Part shown: piece after piece, positions 1 through 9,847 of the stretch
How the letters are laid out: every line of letters starts with the position of its first letter
How positions within the stretch are numbered: the first letter of the stretch is position 1
DNA from: Candidatus Micrarchaeota archaeon
Lineage (GTDB): Archaea; Micrarchaeota; Micrarchaeia; Anstonellales; JAGGVH01
DNA length: 64,000 nt
Assembly (NCBI GenBank): GCA_020854835.1
Contig: JAHKLX010000022.1
Span: forward strand, 55,242 to 119,241
Direction of reading: 5' to 3'
Position numbers and translations under genes: made by a program
Notes under the pieces: model-generated
What the model saw: only the letters and a program-made list of their open reading frames with translations
What the model was told of the DNA's origin: nothing
The model's database searches: none

Positions 1-45
1 GAAGAAGAATTTTCTGGATTAGAGGTTTTTGGCTGAGGTGATAAA

Positions 46-1110
46 ATGTTTAACACTCCCCCTTTTTCTTCTTTTGAAGAAGAAGTCAAAGACAATACCA
101 AAATACGAATTGCAGTGGTGGGTGTAGGTGGCGGTGGTGTTAACACCGTCCACCGAATCACCAACCTCGGTATTAAATCAGCAGATACCATTGCAGTTAA
201 TACAGATAAATTACATTTAGATACAACTAACGCATCTAAAAAAATTTTACTTGCACCAAGCATTACTAAAGGATTGGGTGCAGGAGGATTTCCAGAAGTA
301 GGTCAAAAAGCTGCTGAAATGAGTAGTGATGCATTGGCTTCTGCTTTAGAAGGTTACGATTTAATTTTTTTAACTTCAGGAATGGGTGGAGGAACTGGAA
401 CTGGAGGTGCGCCAGTAGTTGCAAAACTTGCTAAAGCAGCAGGAGCACTTGTTGTCGGAATTGTGACCTATCCTTTTAATTTAGAAAGAGCCAGAATAAA
501 AAAAGCAAAATGGGGAATAAACGAGCTAACTAAACACTGTGATACAGTTATTGTTATTGACAATAACAGGCTGGTAGAATACGCTCCTGATCTCCCAATG
601 AATAAGGCGTTTGAGCTTGTTGATATGATCACTGCCAAAGCAGTCAAAGGTATAGCAGATACAATCATGTTCCCCTCTTTAATGAATATTGATTATGCAG
701 ATGTTAAATCAATTATGGAAGGTGGCGGAATTGCTATGATTTCAATTGGAAGAGCATCAGGCCATGACAAAATCGAGAAGGTTGTTGAAAGTGCTTTAAA
801 ACATCCTTTGTTAGATGTCAGTTATGCTGGTGCAAAAGGTGCATTAGTGCACGTCGGCAGCAGTGAAAAATTATGTTTGGGAGATGCAGTTAAAATTGGT
901 GAAAATTTAACAAGTGCTTTTGATTTAAACGCTAACGTTAAATTGGGTGCAAGAATACTTGAAGATTTTGATGACAGTATTGAGGTTATTTTAATTGCAA
1001 CTGGCGTTAAGTCCTCCATAATAGAGTCATCGTGCGGGCATAATTCTGAATCACAAAGGGAAAGTGTTGAAGCTGATGAAAGTTTTGTAGAAGACTTCGC
1101 TTTTATTTAA
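46..1110 (+). CDS. ftsZ: Cell division GTPase FtsZ
   Basis: Tubulin signature GMGGGTGTGGAPVVAKLAK and an N-terminal VVGVGGGGVN GTP-binding loop. GAGGTGA SD lies 5 nt upstream of the ATG. Confidence 0.95.
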   Translation: MFNTPPFSSFEEEVKDNTKIRIAVVGVGGGGVNTVHRITNLGIKSADTIAVNTDKLHLDTTNASKKILLAPSITKGLGAGGFPEVGQKAAEMSSDALASALEGYDLIFLTSGMGGGTGTGGAPVVAKLAKAAGALVVGIVTYPFNLERARIKKAKWGINELTKHCDTVIVIDNNRLVEYAPDLPMNKAFELVDMITAKAVKGIADTIMFPSLMNIDYADVKSIMEGGGIAMISIGRASGHDKIEKVVESALKHPLLDVSYAGAKGALVHVGSSEKLCLGDAVKIGENLTSAFDLNANVKLGARILEDFDDSIEVILIATGVKSSIIESSCGHNSESQRESVEADESFVEDFAFI

Positions 1111-1263
1111 TTTTTTCTTTTTTTAATTTTTTTTAATTTAGCATACTATTATAAATTTTTTTAAAACAAATATTTGTTCTAAGGATTATATTACGTATAG
1201 TTTTGATGAAGGATAGGCCGATTATGGTTTTAAAGACGTAGAGGTATATAATTAGGTGATTAA

Positions 1264-1980
1264 ATGCTTTCAAATTTAAAAAAGGATTTATACTATTTAA
1301 AGAATTCTGAAAAATCCAAGATTTATTCCAAGTATTTTAAAACAGGAAAAGGCGAATATGGAGAGGGGGATATTTTTATTGGCGTAACTGTTCCCAATCA
1401 AAGAATAATTGCCAAGAAGTATAAAGATTTTTCTTTATCAGATGTTTCAAAACTTTTAAAATCCAAGATCCACGAACACCGATTAACAGCTTTGTTTATT
1501 TTGGTTTATAAGTTCAAAAAATCCGATGAAAAAACAAAAAAGAAAATTTACAATTTGTATTTGAAACATACAAAATATGTTAACAATTGGGATTTAGTTG
1601 ACAGTTCTGCGCATTATATTGTTGGGGCATATTTATTTGATAAAGACAGAACAGTTTTATATGGGCTTGCAAAATCTAAAAACCTCTGGGAAAAAAGAAT
1701 ATCCATTATTTCCACGTATTATTTTATATCAAAAAATGATTTCAAAGATACCCTTAAAATTAGCGAATTTCTTTTACATGATACGCATGATCTTATTCAC
1801 AAAGCAGTTGGCTGGATGTTGAGAGAGATTGGAAAGAGAAATATGGAAACTGAAGAAAAATTTCTTTTAAAACATTACAAAACCATGCCCCGAACAATGT
1901 TGAGATATGCAATTGAGAAATTCCCTGAAAAAAAGAGAAAATATTATATGGCAAAACATGAGATTTACTTGTTATATTAA
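1264..1980 (+). CDS. DNA alkylation repair protein (AlkD/AlkC-like HEAT-repeat family)
   Basis: Family-typical segments: GEGDIFIGVTVPNQR, HEHRLTALFIL, NNWDLVDSSA, KAVGWMLREIGK. AGGTGA SD upstream. Confidence 0.8.
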   Translation: MLSNLKKDLYYLKNSEKSKIYSKYFKTGKGEYGEGDIFIGVTVPNQRIIAKKYKDFSLSDVSKLLKSKIHEHRLTALFILVYKFKKSDEKTKKKIYNLYLKHTKYVNNWDLVDSSAHYIVGAYLFDKDRTVLYGLAKSKNLWEKRISIISTYYFISKNDFKDTLKISEFLLHDTHDLIHKAVGWMLREIGKRNMETEEKFLLKHYKTMPRTMLRYAIEKFPEKKRKYYMAKHEIYLLY

Positions 1981-2612
1981 TCAATAGCGATCCAATACCA
2001 TAAAATAGTCGAGAAAAAATCCTCTGTGCTCTCTGTTTTATCTATTTCTCTATCTATTTTTTCTCCTACAATTGCCAAATCAGTTCTGTTGACTTCTACG
2101 TACCCATTACTTCCTTTGTATGTGAATGTAACTAACACACTTCCTTCTACAAATCTTCTTCTGTTTTTGCTGATTAGATCTTTAATGTTATCTTGAAGTT
2201 CGTTTTTGGAGCAGTAAAATCCTTCTTTAAATATTTTTGTTCTTAATCGTTTGTCTTTTGGGATATTTCTAACCACACACGAAAAATTTATCTGGGGTTT
2301 CTCAAGTTCCTCTTTCTGAAACAAATCAAACCTTTTTTTAACAATAATTTCATAGTTCTCATCGACATTATAATGTTCAAATTGCCATATCCATTTACTG
2401 CATTTGACTTCTCTGTAATACTTCTCACCATCTTCATGTGTATCTACTATTCTGTGAGTATCATAGCATCCGTTTATGCTACTTACCGCAATACATCCTG
2501 CTGCCACCAGAGGTAGAAAACTTTTGAAATGTCTTTCTTTGGCTAAAACAGGGAGATTTGTTTTAACAACTTGGGATTCCAGAATATTTTTTCTTATTTG
2601 TTTTATTCCCAT
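1977..2612 (-). CDS. Hypothetical protein with one N-terminal hydrophobic segment
   Basis: Long ORF. The track start at 2621 is a GTG inside an AGGTGA SD, so I placed the start at ATG 2612. No recognisable family. Confidence 0.5.
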   Translation of the reverse strand: MGIKQIRKNILESQVVKTNLPVLAKERHFKSFLPLVAAGCIAVSSINGCYDTHRIVDTHEDGEKYYREVKCSKWIWQFEHYNVDENYEIIVKKRFDLFQKEELEKPQINFSCVVRNIPKDKRLRTKIFKEGFYCSKNELQDNIKDLISKNRRRFVEGSVLVTFTYKGSNGYVEVNRTDLAIVGEKIDREIDKTESTEDFFSTILWYWIAID

Positions 2613-2745
2613 ATCCGTCACCTTTGATTAACTAAGGGGATTTATTCTATTTAAAACTTAGGTGGGAATATTTTTAATAATTTAAGATAGTGCCGGTATC
2701 TTTATTATATTTTTAAAAATATTAGTTACTTTTTTTATGATACAG

Positions 2746-3582
2746 TTAAACTATTAGAACTACCAATCCCAAAACAAGCAAAAGTATTGCCAAATATTTC
2801 CAGTTTGGCAGTTTTTCTTTTAAAACCACAAATGCCACAATAGAGTTAAAAACAGGAGTTGAGCTTGCTATTATTGATGTTAAAGCGACACCTATTTCTT
2901 TAATTGCAATCATGTAAAAAACAGATGGAATAACCATACTAAAACCTGCAATTATCAATGGAATCCCACTTTTTTTAATTTTACTCGGTTTCATTTTTTC
3001 AAAAACTAAAACAGATACTAACACAAATAAAAAAACACTCAATTCAATATACAGTGATGCATTTAATGGAGTTAATCTTTCAACAACAATTTTTAAAATC
3101 GCATATGATATCCCTTGAAAAAACAAAGCAGCTATTGAAAACAAAATACCTTTACTAAACGATGGCATTTTAATCTCTAATTTTTCCTGAGATATCATAT
3201 AAACAGAAATCAAAATCAAAACAAAACCCAAAATATGATTCAAAAAAATTGTTTCGCCCAAAAATATAACTGCCAAACTAACTGTAATAACAGGGTAGCT
3301 GTCTATAATCGGTGCTGCCACACTAATTTTTTCGTTTTTGAATGCTTCACAGATAGTGTATTTTGAAACAAATGCCAGAAAACTCGAAATAACTATTAAA
3401 AACAAAACATTAAGTTCTGGGATCATCAAACTATCAAACGCAAAAAATATCAGAATCAAAATTGGCAAAGCTATCAAATATCTGTAAAATAAAAAAGAAA
3501 TTGTTTTCAATTCTTCTAAAGCTTTTTTAGCAAACGAATTATTTATGCTCCACCCTAATGGAACTAACAATGCTGACAGCAT
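2746..3582 (-). CDS. EamA/DMT-superfamily transporter
   Basis: About ten hydrophobic helices arranged as two similar halves, about 280 aa, typical of the drug/metabolite transporter family. Confidence 0.7.
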   Translation of the reverse strand: MLSALLVPLGWSINNSFAKKALEELKTISFLFYRYLIALPILILIFFAFDSLMIPELNVLFLIVISSFLAFVSKYTICEAFKNEKISVAAPIIDSYPVITVSLAVIFLGETIFLNHILGFVLILISVYMISQEKLEIKMPSFSKGILFSIAALFFQGISYAILKIVVERLTPLNASLYIELSVFLFVLVSVLVFEKMKPSKIKKSGIPLIIAGFSMVIPSVFYMIAIKEIGVALTSIIASSTPVFNSIVAFVVLKEKLPNWKYLAILLLVLGLVVLIV

Positions 3583-3632
3583 AGACTATCTTTTCTACAA
3601 ATGTTTTTAAACAATAACTATTTATTTGAATT

Positions 3633-4076
3633 ATGAAAGTAACTATATGTGGGAGTATTGCATTTTACGAAGATATGTTGAAAATTAAAAAACAATTAGA
3701 GCATCTGGGGCATGATGTTGATCTTCCACCTATTGAAGTTGAAGATGAAAACGGAAACATGATTCCCGTTTCAGAATATTACAAACTACGAAAAAATTCT
3801 GATGAAACTGTTGCTTGGGTTTGGGAAAGAAAGAAACAAGCCATTTTATGGCACTTTAAAAAAATTGAATGGGCTGATGCAGTTTTAATATTAAATTATG
3901 ATAAAAAAGGGGTTGAAAATTATATAGGTGGGAATACTTTTTTGGAAATTGGTTTGGCGTTTTATCTACACAAAAAGATATTTTTATATAATCCAATTCC
4001 TGAAATATCCTATAAGGAAGAGTTGCTAGGTATGGATCCAGTTATTTTAAACAAAGATTTAACTAAAATAGGTTGA
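3633..4076 (+). CDS. Nucleoside 2-deoxyribosyltransferase-like (Rcl/DNPH1-like) protein
   Basis: Begins MKVTICGSIAF and ends with the GGNTFLEIGLAFYLHKKIFLY motif typical of this Rossmann-like family. By-eye match only. Confidence 0.5.
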   Translation: MKVTICGSIAFYEDMLKIKKQLEHLGHDVDLPPIEVEDENGNMIPVSEYYKLRKNSDETVAWVWERKKQAILWHFKKIEWADAVLILNYDKKGVENYIGGNTFLEIGLAFYLHKKIFLYNPIPEISYKEELLGMDPVILNKDLTKIG

Positions 4077-4080
4077 TTTT

Positions 4081-4770
4081 ATGGTTGATTATTCGAAAAG
4101 ATTGTATGTGGGTTTAACAGGTAAAACAGATGATGATTGGAAAACTAAAATCAAAGATATTAATAAATACAAATTAACTGAAATATCTTTGTTTTTAACA
4201 AGATTTAATTATGAACAAAGGCAAAACATATACTCTACACTTCTCAAATCATCTGTTAAAAAAATACCTCTAGTTCATATACGCCATGATATGATAAAAG
4301 AAGAATTAAGTTTTTTAGAAGAAAATTTCAAATCAAAATATTTCACAATTCATGAAGATGGGTTTAAGATTCTGAATAGGTGGAGAGGGCATTATAAAAA
4401 ACTTTATTTAGAGATGGATACTGATAATTATGTAGGGGAGCATGTCGAGGTCAGTAGAATTGGCGGTTTTTGTGTAGATCTGTCCCATTTCAAATGTCAA
4501 GAAAGAGTTTGGTCTGAAGAATATGAATATATGCTCAAAAGAAAGAGATTTCACAAATATTTTGCCTGTAATCATATAAATGGTTATTCTTATGATAAAA
4601 ACCGAGATCTTCACACTGTTAACAGTTTGGGTGATTTCAATTATCTAAAAACTCTGCCTGAATTTATATTTGGGGGAGTTATAGGTATAGAAACAGAAAA
4701 TCCTATCCCTCAACAATTAAAATTCAAAGATTACTTGGGAAATCTTCTAAATAAAATTTTTCACAAGTGA
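4081..4770 (+). CDS. Hypothetical protein
   Basis: ORF starts 5 nt after the preceding gene, preceded by a TAGGTT SD-like motif. No family recognised. Confidence 0.5.
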   Translation: MVDYSKRLYVGLTGKTDDDWKTKIKDINKYKLTEISLFLTRFNYEQRQNIYSTLLKSSVKKIPLVHIRHDMIKEELSFLEENFKSKYFTIHEDGFKILNRWRGHYKKLYLEMDTDNYVGEHVEVSRIGGFCVDLSHFKCQERVWSEEYEYMLKRKRFHKYFACNHINGYSYDKNRDLHTVNSLGDFNYLKTLPEFIFGGVIGIETENPIPQQLKFKDYLGNLLNKIFHK

Positions 4771-4810
4771 TTCCGTAAGCTTTATAATTAATAAAGCTCA
4801 TATATCCAAT

Positions 4811-5137
4811 ATGTTTTTTGCTTTATCAAACAAAAAAAATACACATTGGTATTATGATGTTATATCCTTAGTTATTGGTATAACTCTCGCATCAATGATT
4901 TTCGTTTATTTCATATATAATCTATCTGCATCTATGGGTTTATCCTTGGGCGTTCTGTTAATTACTTTTTTATTGTATATATACGACAAAAAAAATCTCA
5001 AAAGGCTTGCCTTAGTATGGATATTTCTCATCCAATACATAATTATATCCAGCACTTATTTTATTTATATAATATTTTTTGCAATATTAGATATTATTTT
5101 AATTCATTATCTAATCAAAAATAAAATTTTAATCTGA
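4811..5137 (+). CDS. Hypothetical small membrane protein
   Basis: Three hydrophobic segments. Composition is ordinary for this AT-rich genome. Confidence 0.4.
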   Translation: MFFALSNKKNTHWYYDVISLVIGITLASMIFVYFIYNLSASMGLSLGVLLITFLLYIYDKKNLKRLALVWIFLIQYIIISSTYFIYIIFFAILDIILIHYLIKNKILI

Positions 5138-5905
5138 AATTTTCTGCATTTTTCTAATAGATTTCATTGGTTTATCTTTTTTTGAAATAGGTACAACACT
5201 TTCTTGATTTTGACTCGAATCAATAATGATATTTTCTTTCATATATTTAAATTTCGCATAAGCAGAATATGTTTTATCCAAAACTGCTTGATACTTTATT
5301 TTTATTGCTTCGCCAGGTTTAACTTTTTTCAATTTCCATACTAACTTTCCTTTTTTTTCATTTTCAGGAGGAATTGAAACATTTGATATGTCTTCAGGTA
5401 TCTCATCTTCAATTATCACATTTGAAACTTCCTGTTCTGTGTTGTTTTGAAATATGAGTGTGACAGAATTATTATCGTATTTTTTAGAAAATTCAAATGT
5501 GTGTTTCATAGCTTTATTCAATGTAAAAAGAATAATTGCCCCACCAATTAACATCCCTAATATTATAATTATCAAGAATATTACATATGGGTTTTCATCT
5601 ACTCTGGCAGATGAAACAGAGTTTGCATCACCAGTCACATAAAAAGTTTTTTTAATTCCTTTATATTCCACAAACCACTCACCACTTTCAACAGCCATTA
5701 TTTGGGTTTGGCCATCAACAAAATCTACTGCAGATTGGTGATTGCTTGGATTAGTAACAAATACAGTTCCATTTGTCAAATATCCTTTGTTATCTACGTC
5801 ATCAACAAATATATGTACAGTTCCCCCCACTTGTGTTTCATTAGCGACGTATAACTCTGAAAAAATTATGTTTATCAAAAACAAAAATATAATCAGTTTT
5901 TTCAT
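5129..5905 (-). CDS. Hypothetical secreted/membrane-anchored protein
   Basis: Signal-peptide-like MKKLIIFLFLINIIFS from ATG 5905 (the track start at 5914 is GTG). Central TM segment VIFLIIIILGMLIGGAIILF. Confidence 0.55.
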   Translation of the reverse strand: MKKLIIFLFLINIIFSELYVANETQVGGTVHIFVDDVDNKGYLTNGTVFVTNPSNHQSAVDFVDGQTQIMAVESGEWFVEYKGIKKTFYVTGDANSVSSARVDENPYVIFLIIIILGMLIGGAIILFTLNKAMKHTFEFSKKYDNNSVTLIFQNNTEQEVSNVIIEDEIPEDISNVSIPPENEKKGKLVWKLKKVKPGEAIKIKYQAVLDKTYSAYAKFKYMKENIIIDSSQNQESVVPISKKDKPMKSIRKMQKISD

Positions 5906-5910
5906 AATAC

Positions 5911-6438
5911 TCACTCAAAATGATTTTTTGCAGATCTCCAACATCTTCTATGCCATACATCGCTATCAATTGATTCCAGATATTGGGGTTCGAGTTGGTT
6001 GCAGTATGTCGGTGAAGGCAATCTGGAGCCTGCTTTGGCAACACACTGCCCTATTTGTTCATCTCCTGGAAGGTTTAAACATATTGTCAGATCCAAATGT
6101 GCTGCTGCGAAATCCCCTATACAGACAATATAAAAATAAGAATTTTCATTTGTTTTACAATTTTCATGGGCTTCTAGCCATGTAGTGGGAGAATATTTTG
6201 GAGAGACAACTATTTCTTCATTCCATTTAGAAGTGTATATTGTTTGAAGCTCCTCTTCAGGGATATCAACATCCACAGTTTCATTCAAAGGTTCGTCCGT
6301 TATATTTTTTATAGGTTGTAAAATAACAACTGTTTTGGGTATATCTTCAATTTCATCAACTGTATCAGTTTCAAAAATATTGCAACAACCACAGAAAATC
6401 AAAAAACTAAATAAAAAAACTATAAAAATTTTTATCAT
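5911..6438 (-). CDS. Hypothetical lipoprotein-like secreted protein
   Basis: N-terminal hydrophobic leader ends in FLIFCGCC (lipobox-like). The mature part is cysteine-rich. Starts 10 nt downstream of the tfe stop. Confidence 0.5.
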   Translation of the reverse strand: MIKIFIVFLFSFLIFCGCCNIFETDTVDEIEDIPKTVVILQPIKNITDEPLNETVDVDIPEEELQTIYTSKWNEEIVVSPKYSPTTWLEAHENCKTNENSYFYIVCIGDFAAAHLDLTICLNLPGDEQIGQCVAKAGSRLPSPTYCNQLEPQYLESIDSDVWHRRCWRSAKNHFE

Positions 6439-6447
6439 AACCTACAA

Positions 6448-7200
6448 TCAGATGTAAAGTTTTTTAAGTCTTTCTTTAAATTCTTGATCTGCTTCATTTA
6501 AAACAGATCCGCATCTTGGGCATTTAAATTTCATATCCATTGCTTCATCAAAACCCCATGCTTCATCACTACAATTACTGCAATAATACAGCATTTCAGG
6601 TATGATAGATAATCTTTCTGATAATTTACTCTCAATTACATGTGTCATGTCCATAACATTGCCATGCCTCACATTCCATTTATATGTATACCAACCTGTT
6701 TCTTCATCTTTACTTCGCGAATATTTTGCTAATCTTAATCCATGAAGTTTATTCAAAGTTGATCTGATCTCACTAACTCTAACTTTCATTTTTTTAGCAA
6801 GATCTTCATCTGTTGTTGGATCAACAAGATTTTGAACAATTACAAGTGCATGTTCGCCTGCATTTTGAATGAGATATTTTCTAACCTCTTCTTTTGTTAA
6901 AATTGTTTTTCTCTGTCTTTTCAACATTCCCAAATTAACAGGTTTTTCTTCTAATTTTTTGTCTTTTTTTATAGCTTTGGTTTTAACGATTGTCTTTTTC
7001 AAAATTTTATTTTTTGAAGCCCCTTGAGTTTTTTTCAATGCAACCTTGCCAACAGTTGTTTTTTTCTTAACTGTCTTAGATTTTGTTTTTTTAACAATAA
7101 CTTTAGTTTTGCTAACTGTTTTTTTCTTCACAGCAGATTTTTTTGTTTTCAAAGCTTTTGTAGGGCTCTTCTTTTTGAGATTAGTCTTTTTAGTCTTCAT
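6448..7200 (-). CDS. tfe: Transcription factor E (TFE-alpha/TFIIE-alpha homologue) with a lysine-rich N-terminal extension
   Basis: Winged-helix core (ALVIVQNLVDPTTDEDLAKKMKVRVSEIRSTLNKLH...WYTYKW) followed by a zinc ribbon CSNC...CPRC. It is preceded by about 85 aa of K/T/V-rich tail. Confidence 0.75.
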   Translation of the reverse strand: MKTKKTNLKKKSPTKALKTKKSAVKKKTVSKTKVIVKKTKSKTVKKKTTVGKVALKKTQGASKNKILKKTIVKTKAIKKDKKLEEKPVNLGMLKRQRKTILTKEEVRKYLIQNAGEHALVIVQNLVDPTTDEDLAKKMKVRVSEIRSTLNKLHGLRLAKYSRSKDEETGWYTYKWNVRHGNVMDMTHVIESKLSERLSIIPEMLYYCSNCSDEAWGFDEAMDMKFKCPRCGSVLNEADQEFKERLKKLYI

Positions 7201-7339
7201 ACTCTAATAATGTGTATTTTTTTGTTTTTAAATGCTTGCTTTTTCAAAATTATTCAGACGTTCCTGTTTACACATACATCTAAATTATGTAAACATATAA
7301 AACCATTAAAAACAACAGGTATAAACACTTTAAAACACT

Positions 7340-7870
7340 TTAAACAACTATATCCTTATCTTTTTCAAATTCTTCCACCATTTTCTTTAAATATTCATCC
7401 CTAACAAACCATTTATACTCATATTTCCCTGTTTCAGAGTCCCTAATTTTTGAATATTGTGTTAATCTTAAGTTATACAATCTATTTAAACAAGCTCTGC
7501 ACCAGCTCAATTTAAAATTAAATTCTCTTGCCAATTCATCTGCAGTTTTTGGTGTGATCAAATTTTCTATTATTATCGGGGCATACTCTCCACCCTTCTC
7601 TTGAAGATATCTAGCGATTTCTTTATTTTTTAATACTTCTTGCCGTTGTTTTTTTATATCTAAATTGGATTTCTTGGAAATATTTATAGATTTTTTTTCT
7701 TTTTTAATATCGTCATTCTTTTTAACTGCTGCTTTTTTTACAGGTTTTTTCTTTGCAACAGTTTTCTTCTTCATTGATTTAGTTTTTGTTTTTTTAACAG
7801 CAATTTTACTTTTAACTGCTTTTTTCTTCACATTTTTTTTGTTTTTTATAGATTTTTTTGTTTTTTCCAT
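7340..7870 (-). CDS. TFE-like winged-helix paralogue lacking the zinc ribbon, with a lysine-rich N-terminal extension
   Basis: Aligns by eye with the winged helix of the neighbouring tfe (APIIIENLITPKTADELAREF...YEYKWFVRD). There is no CxxC pair. About 65 aa of K-rich tail. Confidence 0.6.
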   Translation of the reverse strand: MEKTKKSIKNKKNVKKKAVKSKIAVKKTKTKSMKKKTVAKKKPVKKAAVKKNDDIKKEKKSINISKKSNLDIKKQRQEVLKNKEIARYLQEKGGEYAPIIIENLITPKTADELAREFNFKLSWCRACLNRLYNLRLTQYSKIRDSETGKYEYKWFVRDEYLKKMVEEFEKDKDIVV

Positions 7871-7894
7871 AATTTAAACAAACAGACCAAGTTT

Positions 7895-8734
7895 TTAAAC
7901 CTGTTGATTAATTGAATCATACGTTATTAATTTGTAAACTAATTTTGAGGCAGTTAGATTGGGGTACTCTAAATTTTCAATCGGACAAAGTTCAACTACA
8001 TCAGCACCCACAATTTTTCTTGATCTAAAAACTTCTTTTAAAATTTCCAACAATTCATACCAACCTAGTCCTCCGGGCTCTGGAGTTCCGACGGCAGGCA
8101 TAACTGAGGGGTCTAAAACATCAAGATCAATAGATATATACACATTTTTTTTGAGACTAGATATTAATTTTTTAACATCATAAACATTATCCCACTGAAC
8201 TTTAAGTTTATTGTTTTTCACAAACTCTATTTCTTCCTCGCAACAAGACCTTACACCCACATAAGATACGCCTACTCCTTTCTCATTAATACGCCTCATC
8301 ACACAAGCATGAGAATATTTCTCTTCAAACTTATCTCTCAAGTCCAAATGGGCATCAAAACATAAAACAGATAATTCTTTATAATATTCTTTAAATGCCA
8401 AAACAGGCCCTATAGAAATTGTATGCTCACCACCCAAAAAAATAGGAAATTTATTTTTTTTATTTATAAATCTGCAAAATTCTTTGGTTTTTTCAATCAA
8501 TTCCAAAGCACTATCACAGGATATTGGATCAGTTGTATAAATTCCTTTTTCAGCAGCATTAATTCCTGTTTCATAATCAAAAAGTTCAATATTTCTAGAT
8601 GATTTTAATATTGCATCAGGACCTTTTTGAGTACCTTTCATATATGACGTGGTCTTTTCATAAGGTATGGGTACCACCATAACTCTAGATCTAGCAAAAT
8701 CCCTAAAATTTTCATCCAAATCAGCAAAATTCAT
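7895..8734 (-). CDS. speB: Agmatinase (arginase/ureohydrolase family)
   Basis: Metal-binding motifs GGEHTIS, DAHLDLRD and SIDLDVLDP, plus GTPEPGGL. Start could be GTG 8743 or ATG 8734. Confidence 0.85.
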   Translation of the reverse strand: MNFADLDENFRDFARSRVMVVPIPYEKTTSYMKGTQKGPDAILKSSRNIELFDYETGINAAEKGIYTTDPISCDSALELIEKTKEFCRFINKKNKFPIFLGGEHTISIGPVLAFKEYYKELSVLCFDAHLDLRDKFEEKYSHACVMRRINEKGVGVSYVGVRSCCEEEIEFVKNNKLKVQWDNVYDVKKLISSLKKNVYISIDLDVLDPSVMPAVGTPEPGGLGWYELLEILKEVFRSRKIVGADVVELCPIENLEYPNLTASKLVYKLITYDSINQQV

Positions 8735-8864
8735 ATTATTCACACACTTTTTATGCTCAAACTTTAAAAAAGTATAAAAAGGTTTAAATATATATCTTAT
8801 TAGATTTATGTTTAGCGTTGTGTTTAATTAGCCGTTTACTTAATAGTTATAAGGAGGTATATAT

Positions 8865-9290
8865 ATGGTAACCGTTTACGATGTTGAACCAAATAAGTTG
8901 ATTGAAAAAGCAGCAGAAAAACTTGAGAAAGAAGTCAAGGTTGAAAATCCTGAATGGCTCAAATACGTTAAATCAGGTTCTTTTGCTGAACGCAGACCAG
9001 AACAAAAGAATTTCTGGTATCTAAGAATGGCTTCAATTTTAAGGAAGTACTACGTCAATGGGAAGACAGGTGTCAATAATCTGAGAGACCATTATGGCGG
9101 AAGAAAAAACAGAGGCAGGAAACCTGACAGACATGCCAAAGCCGGCGGAGCAATAATAAGAAGATCCATACAAGCTCTTGAAAAACATGGTTTTCTTAAA
9201 AAAGAAAAAGTTGGCAGATTAATAACTGCTAAAGGACAAGCATTGCTTGATAACGCAGCTAATGATGTAGCTAAAGGAGGAAAAAATTAG
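8865..9290 (+). CDS. rps19e: 30S ribosomal protein S19e
   Basis: Full-length match to the eS19 pattern (PEWLKYVKSG, FWYLRMASILRK, GGAIIRRSIQALEK). AGGAGGT SD upstream. Confidence 0.95.
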   Translation: MVTVYDVEPNKLIEKAAEKLEKEVKVENPEWLKYVKSGSFAERRPEQKNFWYLRMASILRKYYVNGKTGVNNLRDHYGGRKNRGRKPDRHAKAGGAIIRRSIQALEKHGFLKKEKVGRLITAKGQALLDNAANDVAKGGKN

Positions 9291-9299
9291 GTGTGTTCA

Positions 9300-9617
9300 A
9301 TGGATGATTCTGAACTCAATGAGATCAAACAAAAAAAAGAAGCCGAATACAAAAATCAAATGGATCAGGCTGAACAACAAATGAAACTAGAGGAAGAATT
9401 AAAGAAGAATATTAGGTTATTGCTGGAAGAAAATGCATATGATAGATTGATGAACGTTAAAATAGTGAATTATAGGTTGTTTGTGCTTGCAAGCCAATAT
9501 GTGTTGCAATCTTCACAAAAACTTGGTGGGAGAAAAATAACCGAAAAAGAACTCATTGATTTATTAAAATACCTAAAAGGAGATTCTGGCAGAAATACAA
9601 AAATAAAGAGGATATAG
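9300..9617 (+). CDS. DNA-binding protein of the PDCD5/TFAR19 family (MTH1615-like)
   Basis: Conserved position after rps19e. The motif LLLEENAYDRLMNVKIV...GRKITEKELIDLLK resembles archaeal PDCD5 homologues. ATG 9300 follows a TAGGTG SD. Confidence 0.8.
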   Translation: MDDSELNEIKQKKEAEYKNQMDQAEQQMKLEEELKKNIRLLLEENAYDRLMNVKIVNYRLFVLASQYVLQSSQKLGGRKITEKELIDLLKYLKGDSGRNTKIKRI

Positions 9618-9623
9618 GAGGTT

Positions 9624-9839
9624 ATGGTTATGGGAAGTAAAAAATCAGATGAAGAAAAAGAAAAGATTGTTGTTGAAAATAGAAAAACAAAGCGTTTGCC
9701 ACCTTTTGTGACAATAAGAACACAAAGAAAATTAAGAGATAATCCCAAAAGACGAAATTGGAGAAGAAGAGGAATTAAAATGAAAACTTTGCTAAAAGAG
9801 CATTCTGTAAAAGCTAGGAGACTCAAAAAAAGTAAATAG
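9624..9839 (+). CDS. rpl39e: 50S ribosomal protein L39e with a basic C-terminal extension of about 18 aa
   Basis: Core RLPPFVTIRTQRKLRDNPKRRNWRRR matches eL39. Synteny supports it. GGAGGT SD upstream. Confidence 0.85.
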   Translation: MVMGSKKSDEEKEKIVVENRKTKRLPPFVTIRTQRKLRDNPKRRNWRRRGIKMKTLLKEHSVKARRLKKSK

Positions 9840-9847
9840 GTGATCTT

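Noticed and set aside
5742-6185. 147-aa plus-strand ORF spanning the junction of two minus-strand genes
   Set aside because: It has no SD or promoter and an antisense-like composition. The minus-strand genes have signal-peptide-like N-termini and SD-like motifs.
7024-7877. Plus-strand ORFs 7024-7404 and 7665-7877
   Set aside because: They are F/L/C-rich antisense shadows of the lysine-rich tails of the two TFE genes.
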